Positions 30,062 to 39,585 are shown, counted from the first letter of the stretch. The stretch: 64,000 nucleotides of DNA from Alphaproteobacteria bacterium (GCA_965200095.1 OZ241350.1:2763761-2827760), one strand, 5' to 3'. The notes: a model not told the origin generated them from the letters alone. Made by a program: numbers and translations.

Positions 30062-30805
30062 CTACCGGCGACGCTCCGGCGCTCCGGCGCCGGCGCTGTC
30101 CGCCATCAGCCCGAGCAGCGAGTCGGCGCGCGGCCTCGCGGACACGGCGACGCGCCGCCATCGCGCGGCCGCCGCAGCCGTCGCCACCGCGTCGCTCAGG
30201 CAAAAGGCGTCGGCGGCGGCGAGGGCGGAATCGAGCCGCGCCTTGCGCGCCAGGGCGACGAATATGCGGGCGCTGCGCGGCGAGAACAGCGCCGCCGCAT
30301 CCGCCTTCCCGCCGCGCAGAGCCGTCGCGGCCGCTTCGGGCAGCGTTTCGGCGGCGACCGCCTCGTAGAGCGTCAGGCGGACGTAGCGGAACCCGTCGCG
30401 CGTCACCGCTCGCTCGAGACCGCCGGCGGTATGGACCCCGCCGACATGGACCAGAGGCCCCGACGCCGGGTCGAACCGCGCCGCGCAGAATGTCGCGAGC
30501 GCAGCGGAATCGCCGTCGACCGAGCGGGCGTCGACGAATCCCGCGGCGCGCGCCGCACTCGCCGTCGCGTCTCCCACTGCGACGACGGGCGATCGGCGGC
30601 GCGCGGCGGTCGCCGCCAGCGCCCGCGCGCCGTTCGCGCTGGTCAGCAACACGGCTTGCGCGTCGGCGAGAGCGGCGTCGGCGGTCGCGTCCGCCCGCGC
30701 GACGATGCGAAGCACCGGCGCGAGGACCGCGCCAATGCCCCGTTCCGCGAGCGCCGCGGCGAATGCGGCGCCCCCGGGGCGCGGTCGGGCGACGATCGCG
30801 CGCAC
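30062..30805 (-). CDS. hemD: Uroporphyrinogen-III synthase
   Basis: IVARPRP, LLTSANGARA, AVGDATA, LYEAVAAETLP, LFSPRSARIF; downstream of hemC. Confidence 0.88.
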   Translation of the reverse strand: MRAIVARPRPGGAAFAAALAERGIGAVLAPVLRIVARADATADAALADAQAVLLTSANGARALAATAARRRSPVVAVGDATASAARAAGFVDARSVDGDSAALATFCAARFDPASGPLVHVGGVHTAGGLERAVTRDGFRYVRLTLYEAVAAETLPEAAATALRGGKADAAALFSPRSARIFVALARKARLDSALAAADAFCLSDAVATAAAAARWRRVAVSARPRADSLLGLMADSAGAGAPERRR

Positions 30806-30811
30806 CGGACT

Positions 30812-31729
30812 TCAGGCGATGCGGAACCCGTCGCCGGCGCGCTCGGCGAGACGCCGCCCGAGCGCGTCGCCGAGCGCCGCGGCGTCGCCGGCGGCGCCGG
30901 TTTCCGACAGGGCGACGGTTTCGCGACCGTCGGGCCGGGCGACGAGGCCGCGCAGCGTCAGGCGTCCGCCCGGAGCGACCCGGGCGAGGCCGGCGATGGG
31001 GGTCCGGCAGGAGCCGTCGAGCCGCGCGAGCATGGCGCGTTCCGCCGCGGCCGCGGCGGCGGTGGGCGCGTGATCGATGCCGGAGAGCCGGTCACGGAGT
31101 TGCGAATCGCCGCTGCGGCAGGCGATGGCGACGATCCCCTGGCCCACGGCGGGCAGCATCTCGTCGGGGTCGAGCACGGCGCTCGCGGCGCTTTCCAGGC
31201 CCAGCCGGCGCAGGCCCGCGAGCGCCAGCAGCGTGGCGTCCACGGCGCCGGACGCCAATTTGTCGAGCCGTGTGCCCACATTGCCGCGCAGGGGCGCGAT
31301 CGCGATGTCGGGCCGTCGGTGGAGAATCTGGGCGGCGCGCCGCAGCGATGCGGTTCCCACAGCGGCGCCGGCCGGGAGCGCGTCGATCCCGCGCCCGTCG
31401 CGCGCGATCCAGGCGTCGCGCGGGTCTTCGCGCTCCAGATGGCACGCCAGCGCGACGCCGTCGGGAAGCCGTGTCGGCACGTCCTTGAGCGAATGCGCGG
31501 CGAGATCGATGCGCCCCGAGAGCAGCGCTTCGTCTATCTCTTTCGTGAACAGTCCCTTGCCGCCGATTTCGGCCAGCGGGCGGTTTGCCGACACATCTCC
31601 GGAGGTGCGGATGACCGCGATTTCGGTTGCGATGCCGGGATACGCAGATTCGATCGCCCGCTGCGCCAGCGCCGCCTGGGCGAGCGCCAGAGGACTGCCG
31701 CGCGCGCCTATGGTCAACCGCTCCGTCAT
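30812..31729 (-). CDS. hemC: Hydroxymethylbilane synthase (porphobilinogen deaminase)
   Basis: IGARGSPLALAQA, GGKGLFTKEID, AHSLKDVP, LEREDPRD, GTASLRR, LRGNVGTRL, LDGSCRTPIAG. Confidence 0.96.
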   Translation of the reverse strand: MTERLTIGARGSPLALAQAALAQRAIESAYPGIATEIAVIRTSGDVSANRPLAEIGGKGLFTKEIDEALLSGRIDLAAHSLKDVPTRLPDGVALACHLEREDPRDAWIARDGRGIDALPAGAAVGTASLRRAAQILHRRPDIAIAPLRGNVGTRLDKLASGAVDATLLALAGLRRLGLESAASAVLDPDEMLPAVGQGIVAIACRSGDSQLRDRLSGIDHAPTAAAAAAERAMLARLDGSCRTPIAGLARVAPGGRLTLRGLVARPDGRETVALSETGAAGDAAALGDALGRRLAERAGDGFRIA

Positions 31730-31825
31730 CGCCGCAACCCTCAGCCTCCCGCGAGGCCCGGCGTCGCCCGCCGGCGCGCCGGACCGGCGGGCAAGCGGCT
31801 GCAAGGGAGCGCACACAGTTCCGCA

Positions 31826-31945
31826 AAAGGACTCGAAGCCGACATACGGGCCTTCATCGAAACGCACAATGAACGTCTGAAACCCTTCAAACGGGCGAAA
31901 TCCGCCGCCCGTATCCTCGCCGCCGCCGAACGTTTCCGCCGTCGC
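31826..31945 (+). pseudogene. C-terminal remnant of an IS630-family transposase
   Basis: Translates LEADIRAFIETHNERLKPFKRAKSAARILAAAERF, resembling the IS630 C-terminal pattern L..AI..FI..HN..PKPF.WTKSA..IL. Confidence 0.65.
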
Positions 31946-32062
31946 GTCGATCATGCGCCATGCCGCGAACGTCGGATTCGGGACACAAGACGCACAACGC
32001 CGCGGGCCGGGCCGCGGGCAGTCGTCTGGAACCGCCTCCGCGTCCCCGGCATCGGGCGGGCG

Positions 32063-33349
32063 TCAGGCGAGCATGTCCTGCCAGATCGCGCGCGCCCAGT
32101 CTTCGTTATGGCGCTTGATCGACGCGTCCGGCGCCGGCGACAGGCCGGAGGAGACCGGAAGCATCGTCCCCGTTTCGTCGTCGTAATCGTATATCGCAGT
32201 GACCGATATGCCTTCGTCGGCGCTCACCAGGCTGTAGCAGGTGTTCGCCAGGCTGGGCCGCGGCGCCTCGCGGCCGTTAAGCGCCGCGACGATGGCGGCG
32301 GCGCATGTCTTGCCCATCGAATTGGCGATGTAGCCGGACTTCGGAACCTTGCCGACGGTCGTGCCGTCGGTCGAGTCGCCGATGACGTGCACATCGGGCG
32401 CCAGCGTCGAGGAGAAGTCCCGCGGGTCCACCGGCGCCCAGCGCCGACCGGCGGGGACCAGACCGGCGTCGAAAAGCAGGTTATGCGCCTGCTGCGGCGG
32501 GATGACATTGGCCACGTCCGCCGCCACCTCGTCGAAATCGGTGTGCAGCGCGCCCGTGGACGGGTCGACGGCGACGACGGCGCTGTCGGGCCGGTAGTCG
32601 AGAACGCCGGCATAAAGGCGCTCCCACGCCGCGGCGAACAGTTTCCCCTTGGACACGATCCCGGCGTTGGCGTCGAGGACAATGACCTTCGCGCCCGGCT
32701 TGTTGCGTTTGAGATAGTCGGCGATGAGCGACGCGCGCTCATAGGGACCGGGCGGGCAGCGATAAGGCCCCGGAGGGACCGACAAGGCGACCGCGCCGCC
32801 TTCCGGCAGCGTGGCGATCCTCTCGCGCAGGAGGCGGGTTTCGGGCCCCGCTTTCCACGCCGCCGGGAAGGCGCCGGGGGGCGACTCCTCGAGGCCGTCG
32901 ATATCGCCGCGGCGCAGGGCGATTCCCGGCGACAGCACCGCGCGGTCGTAGCGCAGGAAGCCGCCGCCGCCGAGACGGATCGTGCGCGCCGCGGGGTCCA
33001 CGCCCGCCGCGCGGTCGCGCAATATGCGGACGCCGTGGCGGCTCGCCAGCGCGTCGTATCCCATGGCGATGTCGTCCATGGTCCTGAGCCCGCCGATCAC
33101 CCAATTGCTGATGGGGCAGGAAAGAAAGGCGGGCTCGGGTTCGACGAGCACGACCTCGATCGCGCTGTCCTGGCGACGGAGATACTTGGCGACGGTGCAG
33201 CCGCCCCATCCGCCGCCCGCGACGACGACGCGCGGGCCGTTCGCGGGCGCGACCTCGCCCGTGGCGAAGGCCGGCATCGGGAACGCCGCGGCGGCGGCCG
33301 CGCCCGAGGCGATGAAGCGCCTGCGCGACGGCGTTTTCCATGAAGGCAT
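32063..33349 (-). CDS. fccB: Flavocytochrome c sulfide dehydrogenase flavoprotein subunit (FccB/SoxF)
   Basis: Tat signal (SRRRFI), VVVAGGGWGG, FLSCPISN, YRCPPGPYERA, PKSGYIANS, NTCYSLV; both redox cysteines retained. Confidence 0.9.
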   Translation of the reverse strand: MPSWKTPSRRRFIASGAAAAAAFPMPAFATGEVAPANGPRVVVAGGGWGGCTVAKYLRRQDSAIEVVLVEPEPAFLSCPISNWVIGGLRTMDDIAMGYDALASRHGVRILRDRAAGVDPAARTIRLGGGGFLRYDRAVLSPGIALRRGDIDGLEESPPGAFPAAWKAGPETRLLRERIATLPEGGAVALSVPPGPYRCPPGPYERASLIADYLKRNKPGAKVIVLDANAGIVSKGKLFAAAWERLYAGVLDYRPDSAVVAVDPSTGALHTDFDEVAADVANVIPPQQAHNLLFDAGLVPAGRRWAPVDPRDFSSTLAPDVHVIGDSTDGTTVGKVPKSGYIANSMGKTCAAAIVAALNGREAPRPSLANTCYSLVSADEGISVTAIYDYDDETGTMLPVSSGLSPAPDASIKRHNEDWARAIWQDMLA

Positions 33350-33380
33350 CGCGGCGTTCCTTTCCCGGCGCGGCCCGTTC

Positions 33381-33953
33381 TCAGCGCAGCCCGGCATAGA
33401 AATGCGCGGCGGCGAGGATCTCGCGCTCCGACGCCGCGGCGATGGCCGCCGCTGCGGTCTCGTCCGCGCGTTCGCCGGTCAGATAAGCGCGCGCCGCGAG
33501 GACCAGATAGTCGGCGGGCTGGCCCGCCAGCCGCGGGCCGTTCTCCGTGCCGCGTCCGTCGGCGCCGTGGCAGCCCGCGCAGCGCGCGGCGGCGACCGCC
33601 TCGCCCTCGGCCGCCAGCGCCGGATCGTTGGCGACCGGCGTGTTGCGCCAGGGGCGGGCGGCGAACCAGCCGGCGATCGCGTCGATCCCGGCGTCGTCAT
33701 ACCCGGCGGCGACGATCTGCATGAGGTAGAAGGAACGCGCGCCGGATCGGTAATCGCGGAGGCTGCGCGCGAGATAGCCGGCGTCCTGACCGCCGATGAC
33801 GGGGATTGTCGCGCCGGGCGAGGCGCCGTCCGTCCCGTGGCAGCCGGCGCAGGTCTGCGACAGGCGAAAGCCCTCGTCGGCGCCGGCCGAACCGGCCGCC
33901 AGCGCGAAGGCCGCGAGGCCGAGGACCGTCCGCCGCCACGCCCTTCGCCGCAT
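33381..33953 (-). CDS. fccA: Diheme cytochrome c, probable FccA partner subunit
   Basis: Signal peptide, two CAGCH heme motifs, IPVIGGQDAGYL, GPRLAGQPADYL; co-directional with fccB. Confidence 0.78.
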   Translation of the reverse strand: MRRRAWRRTVLGLAAFALAAGSAGADEGFRLSQTCAGCHGTDGASPGATIPVIGGQDAGYLARSLRDYRSGARSFYLMQIVAAGYDDAGIDAIAGWFAARPWRNTPVANDPALAAEGEAVAAARCAGCHGADGRGTENGPRLAGQPADYLVLAARAYLTGERADETAAAAIAAASEREILAAAHFYAGLR

Positions 33954-34065
33954 GTCCTCTCCTCCCGCCGCGTTCTCCGTCGTCGCCGGCAGGATACCGC
34001 CGCGCCCGGCGGGGCGCGAGTCCGGCGGCTTGCCCGCCGCGCGCGCCGCGGCGCATCATGCGGCC

Positions 34066-34524
34066 ATGCAAAAGACGGCGCGGGGATGGGCGACGGCGGC
34101 GCTATGCGCGGCATCGGCGGGCGCAGCCGCCGGCGACGGTCTCGCGCCCTGGCGGGCGGAGAACGGCGCCATCGAAGAGTCGTTGACGGGGGAGGCGGGC
34201 GACCCCGCGCGCGGGCGCGCCATCGCGGCGGGGCGCGACGGCAATTGCCTCGCCTGCCACGCCATGCCAATCCCCGAACAACCGTTCCATGGCGATGTCG
34301 GGCCGGACCTGGCGGGCGTCGGCAGCCGTCTCGCGCCCGGCGAGATCCGCCTGCGGCTGGTCGACCCCCGGCGCATCGACGAAGAGTCGATCATGCCCGC
34401 GTTCTACAAGGTGGAGGGGTTGCGGCGCGTGTCGCGGGCCCGGGCCGGCAGGCCGATCCTCGACGCCGGGCAGATCGAGGACCTGGTCGCCTGGCTGACG
34501 ACGCTGACCGACGACGCGGACTGA
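34066..34524 (+). CDS. soxX: Sulfur oxidation c-type cytochrome SoxX
   Basis: SLTGEAGDPARGR..GNCLACHAMP..FHGDVGPDL..SIMPAFY. Confidence 0.9.
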   Translation: MQKTARGWATAALCAASAGAAAGDGLAPWRAENGAIEESLTGEAGDPARGRAIAAGRDGNCLACHAMPIPEQPFHGDVGPDLAGVGSRLAPGEIRLRLVDPRRIDEESIMPAFYKVEGLRRVSRARAGRPILDAGQIEDLVAWLTTLTDDAD

Positions 34525-34616
34525 CGGGCGCGCGCGGCGGCGCCGTCCGGGTGACAAGCGCCGGCGCGCGTCGTAAAGTGCGGACGGTGCTGGAGAACGC
34601 AGACGGACATGCGAGC

Positions 34617-35171
34617 ATGAAACGCACGCGCAGCGTTCGAGACCGGTTTCATGACCGGCGCCGCGTGGTCGCGGGCGTCGGGGCGGCCGGTCTCGCGCTC
34701 GCCGCGCCGCGCATTTTCGCCGACGCGGGGGGAGAAGGCCACAGTTTCGCCGGTAACCCGTTCCGTGACCGCTTCCAGACCTTTCGCCAGACTTTCCGCG
34801 TGGAGCCGGACCGGGCCGAGGCGGAGCGCATCGTCGCCAACATTCTCAAGAGCCGGACGCCGCGCCCCGGTCTGATCGAGGCGACGGCTCCCGATATCGC
34901 CGAGAACGGCAACGCGGTGCCGGTGACGTTCAAGGTGAACTGCTCGATGACCGGCGCGGACTACCCCGCAACCGTGCACATCGTGGCGCTGGAGAACCCG
35001 TTCCCCGAAATCGCGAAATACCACTTCACGCCGGCTTGCGGCGCGGCCGAGGTCTCGTGCCGGGTGCGTATGCGCGCGACGGCGCCGCTGGTCTTCATCG
35101 CCGAAATGGCCGACGGCTCGGCGGGTCGGGCCGACCGCTGGGTGACGGTCACGCTCGGCGCGTGCAGCTGA
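34617..35171 (+). CDS. soxY: SoxY-family sulfur carrier with non-canonical C-terminal arm (VTLGACS)
   Basis: Tat-like RRR leader, APDIAENGNAVPV, ENPFPEIAKYHFTP, RVRMRAT, C-terminal VTVTLGACS-stop. Confidence 0.82.
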   Translation: MKRTRSVRDRFHDRRRVVAGVGAAGLALAAPRIFADAGGEGHSFAGNPFRDRFQTFRQTFRVEPDRAEAERIVANILKSRTPRPGLIEATAPDIAENGNAVPVTFKVNCSMTGADYPATVHIVALENPFPEIAKYHFTPACGAAEVSCRVRMRATAPLVFIAEMADGSAGRADRWVTVTLGACS

Positions 35172-35187
35172 GGAGAAAGCGCGGGCC

Positions 35188-35565
35188 ATGGCCATCGAGA
35201 ACCGCTTGCGCCGTCTCAAGGTCCCGAAAACCGCGCGCCGCGGCGAGATCGTCACCGTCAAGACCCTCGCCGAGCACGAAATGGAGCCGGGCGTCCGCTT
35301 CGATCCGGAGAGTCTCGTCGTCTACCCGCGTTTCATCCTCAACAAGGTCGAATGCCGGGTGAACGGCCGCCTCGTGTTCTGGGCCGACTGGTATTCGGGC
35401 GTGTCCGCCAACCCCTATATGGCGTTCAGGATCAAGGCGGAGGAGTCGGGCGTGATCGAGGTGACGTGGACCGACGACTACAATTCGACGACGGCGGCGC
35501 GCGCCGAGATCGAGGTGGTGGACGGCGCGCCGCAGGCCGGCGGGGCGGCGACGGGCGCAGGCTGA
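35188..35565 (+). CDS. soxZ: Sulfur carrier subunit SoxZ
   Basis: GEIVTVKTLAEHEMEPG, VFWADWYSGVSANPYMAF, VTWTDD. Confidence 0.88.
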   Translation: MAIENRLRRLKVPKTARRGEIVTVKTLAEHEMEPGVRFDPESLVVYPRFILNKVECRVNGRLVFWADWYSGVSANPYMAFRIKAEESGVIEVTWTDDYNSTTAARAEIEVVDGAPQAGGAATGAG

Positions 35566-35585
35566 CCGGGCCGACTCGGGGGCGC

Positions 35586-36380
35586 ATGGAGGCCGGGGCG
35601 CGCGCGGCCGCGTTCGTCGCGGCTCTGGGGGCGGCCGCGGCGTTCGCCGATCCGCCCCCGGAAGCGCCGCGGCGCGCCGACGGGCGGGTTTCGGGATACT
35701 GGTTCTCGGCGCCGGAAACGCGCGCCATCCAGGACGACGAATTTTCCAACCCCGGCCTGCTCTATGTCGACCGCGGCGCCGTCCGCTGGGCGGAGCCCGC
35801 GCCCGCCTCCGGGACATCGTGCGCGGACTGTCACGGCGATGCGGCAGAGTCCATGCGCGGCGTCGGCGCGTCCTACCCCAAAGTCGACCCGGAAACCGGC
35901 GCGCTGGTCAATCTCGGTCAGCGCATCGACCTGTGCCGCAGCCGGCGCATGGGAGCGCCGGCTCTGGGGCCGGACAGCGCCGCGCGGCTCGACCTCGAGG
36001 TCTATGTCATGGCGCAATCGGCGGGGCTGGCGATGAACGTCGCCATCGACGGCCCCGCGGCGCCGTTTTTCGAGCGCGGCAAGACGCTCTACCGCCGGCG
36101 GGTCGGACAGATGGACCTCGCCTGCGCCATGTGTCACGACGACCGGGCGGGGCGCTATTTGCGCGCCGAACATATCAGCCAGGGGCATATATCGGGTTTC
36201 CCCACCTACATGTTGCGGTGGGGGACGCTGGCGGGCGCGCACCGCCGGTTCCAGTTCTGCAACGAACAGGCGCGCGCCGAACCGCTGCCCCTCGACCATG
36301 CGGACTACAACGCGCTGCAACTCTATGTGGCGCGGCGCGGCGCCGGCCTGCCGATCGAAACCCCGGCCGTGCGTCGCTGA
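35586..36380 (+). CDS. soxA: Diheme sulfur oxidation cytochrome SoxA
   Basis: QDDEFSNPG, SCADCHG, NLGQRIDLCR, GQMDLACAMCH, SQGHISGFPTY, RRFQFCNEQARA (active-site Cys/Arg retained). Confidence 0.92.
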   Translation: MEAGARAAAFVAALGAAAAFADPPPEAPRRADGRVSGYWFSAPETRAIQDDEFSNPGLLYVDRGAVRWAEPAPASGTSCADCHGDAAESMRGVGASYPKVDPETGALVNLGQRIDLCRSRRMGAPALGPDSAARLDLEVYVMAQSAGLAMNVAIDGPAAPFFERGKTLYRRRVGQMDLACAMCHDDRAGRYLRAEHISQGHISGFPTYMLRWGTLAGAHRRFQFCNEQARAEPLPLDHADYNALQLYVARRGAGLPIETPAVRR

Positions 36381-36473
36381 GCGCGTTTGCCCGCGCGCGG
36401 CGCGCGGCGTAGTGTGCCGCTCCGCTCGCCGGCCGACCTCCGGCCCGCGCCGGCGCCAGGGGAAGAGAAAGAA

Positions 36474-38780
36474 ATGGCCGACCGAGCGACTCCCGCGCCG
36501 AAGGACTACGCCTACGGCCGTTTGCTGGTCCGCAACCGCTGGTCGGTCATCGTCGCGGTCCTGGCGGCGGTGTTCGCCTGCGCGGCGGGGATGCGCCATC
36601 TCACCGACAACCCCGACAGCCGCGTTTTCTTCAGCGAGGACAACCCGCAGCTCAAGACCCTCGAACGCTTCGAGAATACCTACGCCAGGAACGAGAACCT
36701 GATGTATGTCCTCGCGCCGGGGGACGGCGACGCGTTCTCGCGCCGCTCCATGGAGGCCATCGACTGGCTGACCGTGGAGAGCTGGCAGACCCCCTATTCG
36801 CAGCGAGTCGATTCGATAACCAACTTCCAGTGGTCGCGCGCCGACGGCGACGACCTCATCGTCTCCGACATGTATCCCGGCGCCGACGCCTCGGACGCCG
36901 ATCTCGAGACCGCCCGCGCGGTGGTTCTGACCCGTCCGACGCTGGTCAACCGGCTGGTCGACGAAGAGGGGTCCGTGACCGCGGTCGTCGTCACGCTGGT
37001 GCTGCCCGGCGCCGAGCTCGACGAAGTGACGGACATCGTCGCCTTCGCCCGCGAGCGGGCGGCGGAGTTCCGCGAGAGATACCCGGACATCGACCTGTAT
37101 CTGACCGGGACGACGATGTTCAACATCGCCTTTTCCGAAGTCCCGCGGCAGGACATGGCGACGCTGTTCCCCGCGATGGTGCTGTTGATCCTGCTGATCA
37201 TAGGCTTCTCGGTGCGCTCGGCGTGGTGGACCCTGCTGGTGCTCGTTTCGGTGGTCTTCGCGGTGCTCGTCACCCTCGGCATAGTCGGTTGGCTGGGCGT
37301 GGTCTTGAATGCGGGGACGGCGGGGTCGCCGCTTATCATCCTCACCCTGGCGATCGCGCACAGCGTCCACATCATGGTGACGTGCGAACAGCAATTGCGC
37401 GCGGGCGCGAACCGGCACGACGCCATTGTCGAGTCGCTGCGCGTCAACATGGCGCCGGTGTTCATCACCAGCGCGACCACGGCGATCGGCTTTCTCAGCA
37501 TGAATTTTTCCGATGCGCCGCCGTTCCGTCTGCTCGGCAACATCGTCGCCGGCGGGGTCATGGTCGCCTTCGTGCTGTCGGTGACTCTGGTTCCGGCGGC
37601 GATGGCCGTCCTGCCCGCGCGTCCCCGGCAGGGCGCGCGGCTGTCGGTGCGCGCCATGGCGGGGTTCGCCGAATTCGTCGTCGCCCGCCGCAACGTCCTG
37701 ATCTGGGTGTCGGGACTCGGCATCCTCGCGCTGGCGGCAGGCATTTCGCGGATCACGCTCGACGACGACTTCATCGAGTATTTCGACCGCAGTTTCCCCA
37801 TCCGCGTCGCGTCGGACTTCACGCAGGAGAACCTGACCGGGCTGAACGTGCTGGAATACTCGGTTCCCGCCGGGCGCGAGGGCGGCGTCGCCGACCCGGT
37901 CTATCTCGCCGACCTCGACCGTTTCGCCGAATGGTTCCGGGAACAGCCGGGGGTGCGCCACGTTTATGTCCTGACGGACATAATGAAGCGGCTGAACGAG
38001 AACCTGCACGGCGACGACCCGGCGTTCTACAGGGTTCCGGAAAGCGCCGAACTCGCCGCGCAATACCTCCTGCTCTACGGCCTGTCGCTGCCGCTGGGGC
38101 TGGATCTCAACAATTCCATCGACGTGGGCAAGTCGGCGACCCGGCTTTCGGCGACGGTGGTCGATATGTCGTCGGCGGAAATGCGCGACCTCAACGCGCG
38201 CGCCGAAGCCTGGCTGGCGGAGAACGCGCCGGCGCTGCGCGCGGAAGGCACCGGGCTGTCGCTGATGTTCTCCTACATATCGGAGCGCAACATCGAGTCG
38301 ATGCTGGGCGCCTCGGTCCTCGCGCTCGTGCTCATTTCTCTGGTGCTCGTCGCGGCGCTGCGCAGCGTCAGGGTCGGCCTCGTGAGCCTCGTGCCCAACC
38401 TGTTCCCGGCGGCGATGGCGTTCGGTCTCTGGGGCTACGCGGTCGGCGAGGTAGGTCTGGCGATCGCCGTGGTCGCGGCGATGACGCTGGGCATCGTGGT
38501 CGACGACACGGTGCATTTCCTGAGCAAATATCTGCGCGCGCGGCGCGAGCACGGCATGGACCCGGAAGCCGCCACGCGATACGCCTTCCGCACCGTCGGC
38601 ATGGCGCTCTGGGTGACCTCGACCTGCCTGGTCGCCGGCTTTCTGGTCATGGCGCTTTCGGGCTTCAAGGTGAATGCCGACATGGCGTTCCTGAGCGCCG
38701 TGACGATCGCGTTCGCGCTCGTCGCGGACTTCCTCTTCCTGCCCTCGTTGTTGATGAAACTGGAGTCGCGAAAGACATGA
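36474..38780 (+). CDS. MMPL/RND-superfamily exporter (COG1033-like)
   Basis: Two RND repeats, LTGTTMFN, AIAHSVHI, TSATTAIGFLS, LGIVVDDTVHFLSKY, LVADFLFLPSLL. Confidence 0.88.
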   Translation: MADRATPAPKDYAYGRLLVRNRWSVIVAVLAAVFACAAGMRHLTDNPDSRVFFSEDNPQLKTLERFENTYARNENLMYVLAPGDGDAFSRRSMEAIDWLTVESWQTPYSQRVDSITNFQWSRADGDDLIVSDMYPGADASDADLETARAVVLTRPTLVNRLVDEEGSVTAVVVTLVLPGAELDEVTDIVAFARERAAEFRERYPDIDLYLTGTTMFNIAFSEVPRQDMATLFPAMVLLILLIIGFSVRSAWWTLLVLVSVVFAVLVTLGIVGWLGVVLNAGTAGSPLIILTLAIAHSVHIMVTCEQQLRAGANRHDAIVESLRVNMAPVFITSATTAIGFLSMNFSDAPPFRLLGNIVAGGVMVAFVLSVTLVPAAMAVLPARPRQGARLSVRAMAGFAEFVVARRNVLIWVSGLGILALAAGISRITLDDDFIEYFDRSFPIRVASDFTQENLTGLNVLEYSVPAGREGGVADPVYLADLDRFAEWFREQPGVRHVYVLTDIMKRLNENLHGDDPAFYRVPESAELAAQYLLLYGLSLPLGLDLNNSIDVGKSATRLSATVVDMSSAEMRDLNARAEAWLAENAPALRAEGTGLSLMFSYISERNIESMLGASVLALVLISLVLVAALRSVRVGLVSLVPNLFPAAMAFGLWGYAVGEVGLAIAVVAAMTLGIVVDDTVHFLSKYLRARREHGMDPEAATRYAFRTVGMALWVTSTCLVAGFLVMALSGFKVNADMAFLSAVTIAFALVADFLFLPSLLMKLESRKT

Positions 38781-39574
38781 GAATCCTCGCTCCGGCGATC
38801 GCCGTCGTTCTGGCGTGTCTCGCGCCGCCGCCCGCGGCGGCGGAAACGCCCGAGGAAAAGGGCCTGCGCATCGCCGGGGAGGCGGTGCAGCGCGACGAGG
38901 GGTTCGGCGATTCCGAAGTCGCCATGACCATGGTGCTGCGCAACCGCCAGGGCGACGAAAGCGTGCGCTATTTCCGCACCCGCATCCTCGAACTGACCGA
39001 CGACGGCGACAAGAGCCTGTCGGTTTTCGAGAGGCCGGCGGATGTCCGCGGCACGGCGCTGCTCACCCACGCTCACAAGACCGGCGACGACGACCAGTGG
39101 CTCTACCTGCCGGCGCTCAAGAGGGTCAAGCGCATCAGTTCGTCGAACAAGTCCGGTTCTTTCGTCGGCAGCGAGTTCTCCTATGAGGACCTGTCGAGTC
39201 AGGAGGTGGAGAAATACACCTACCGGTGGCTGCGCGACGAACCCTGCCCCGGCGCGCCGGAGCTCGTCTGCCGGGTGGTCGAGCGCTTCCCCGTGGACGA
39301 AGGTTCCGGCTACACGCGACAGGTGTCGTGGATGGACCGGGACGAATATCGGCCCTGGAAGATCGAGTTCCATGACCGCAGGGACGCGCATCTGAAGACG
39401 CTCGTCTTCGCCGACTACCGTCAATATCTCGACCGGCACTGGCGCGCGCACGAATTGTCGATGGTCAACCATCAGACCGGGAAGTCGACCGACCTGACGT
39501 TCGACGAGTTCGTGTTCGGGCAAGGTCTCGGCGACCGCGATTTCGACCGCCGCGCGCTCAGCCGCGCGCGCTGA
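38777..39574 (+). CDS. LolA-like outer membrane lipoprotein-sorting protein
   Basis: Signal peptide, KSLSVFERPADVRGTALL, DDQWLYLPALKRVKRISSSNKSGSFVGSEFSYED; ATGA overlap with the RND gene. Confidence 0.85.
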   Translation: MRILAPAIAVVLACLAPPPAAAETPEEKGLRIAGEAVQRDEGFGDSEVAMTMVLRNRQGDESVRYFRTRILELTDDGDKSLSVFERPADVRGTALLTHAHKTGDDDQWLYLPALKRVKRISSSNKSGSFVGSEFSYEDLSSQEVEKYTYRWLRDEPCPGAPELVCRVVERFPVDEGSGYTRQVSWMDRDEYRPWKIEFHDRRDAHLKTLVFADYRQYLDRHWRAHELSMVNHQTGKSTDLTFDEFVFGQGLGDRDFDRRALSRAR

Positions 39575-39585
39575 CGGGGGCCGCG

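Noticed and set aside
29888-33343. Very long ORFs such as 29888-33343, 35478-38552, 45583-48861 (N-terminal part), 50270-54049 (N-terminal part) and 5432-7900
   Set aside because: Arg/Ala/Gly/Pro-rich shadow frames overlapping well-supported genes in GC-rich DNA; only the recognisable portions were annotated.
32063-33349. Sulfide:quinone oxidoreductase assignment
   Set aside because: Tat signal, adjacent diheme cytochrome c and the C-terminal NTCYS pattern fit FccB/SoxF better.
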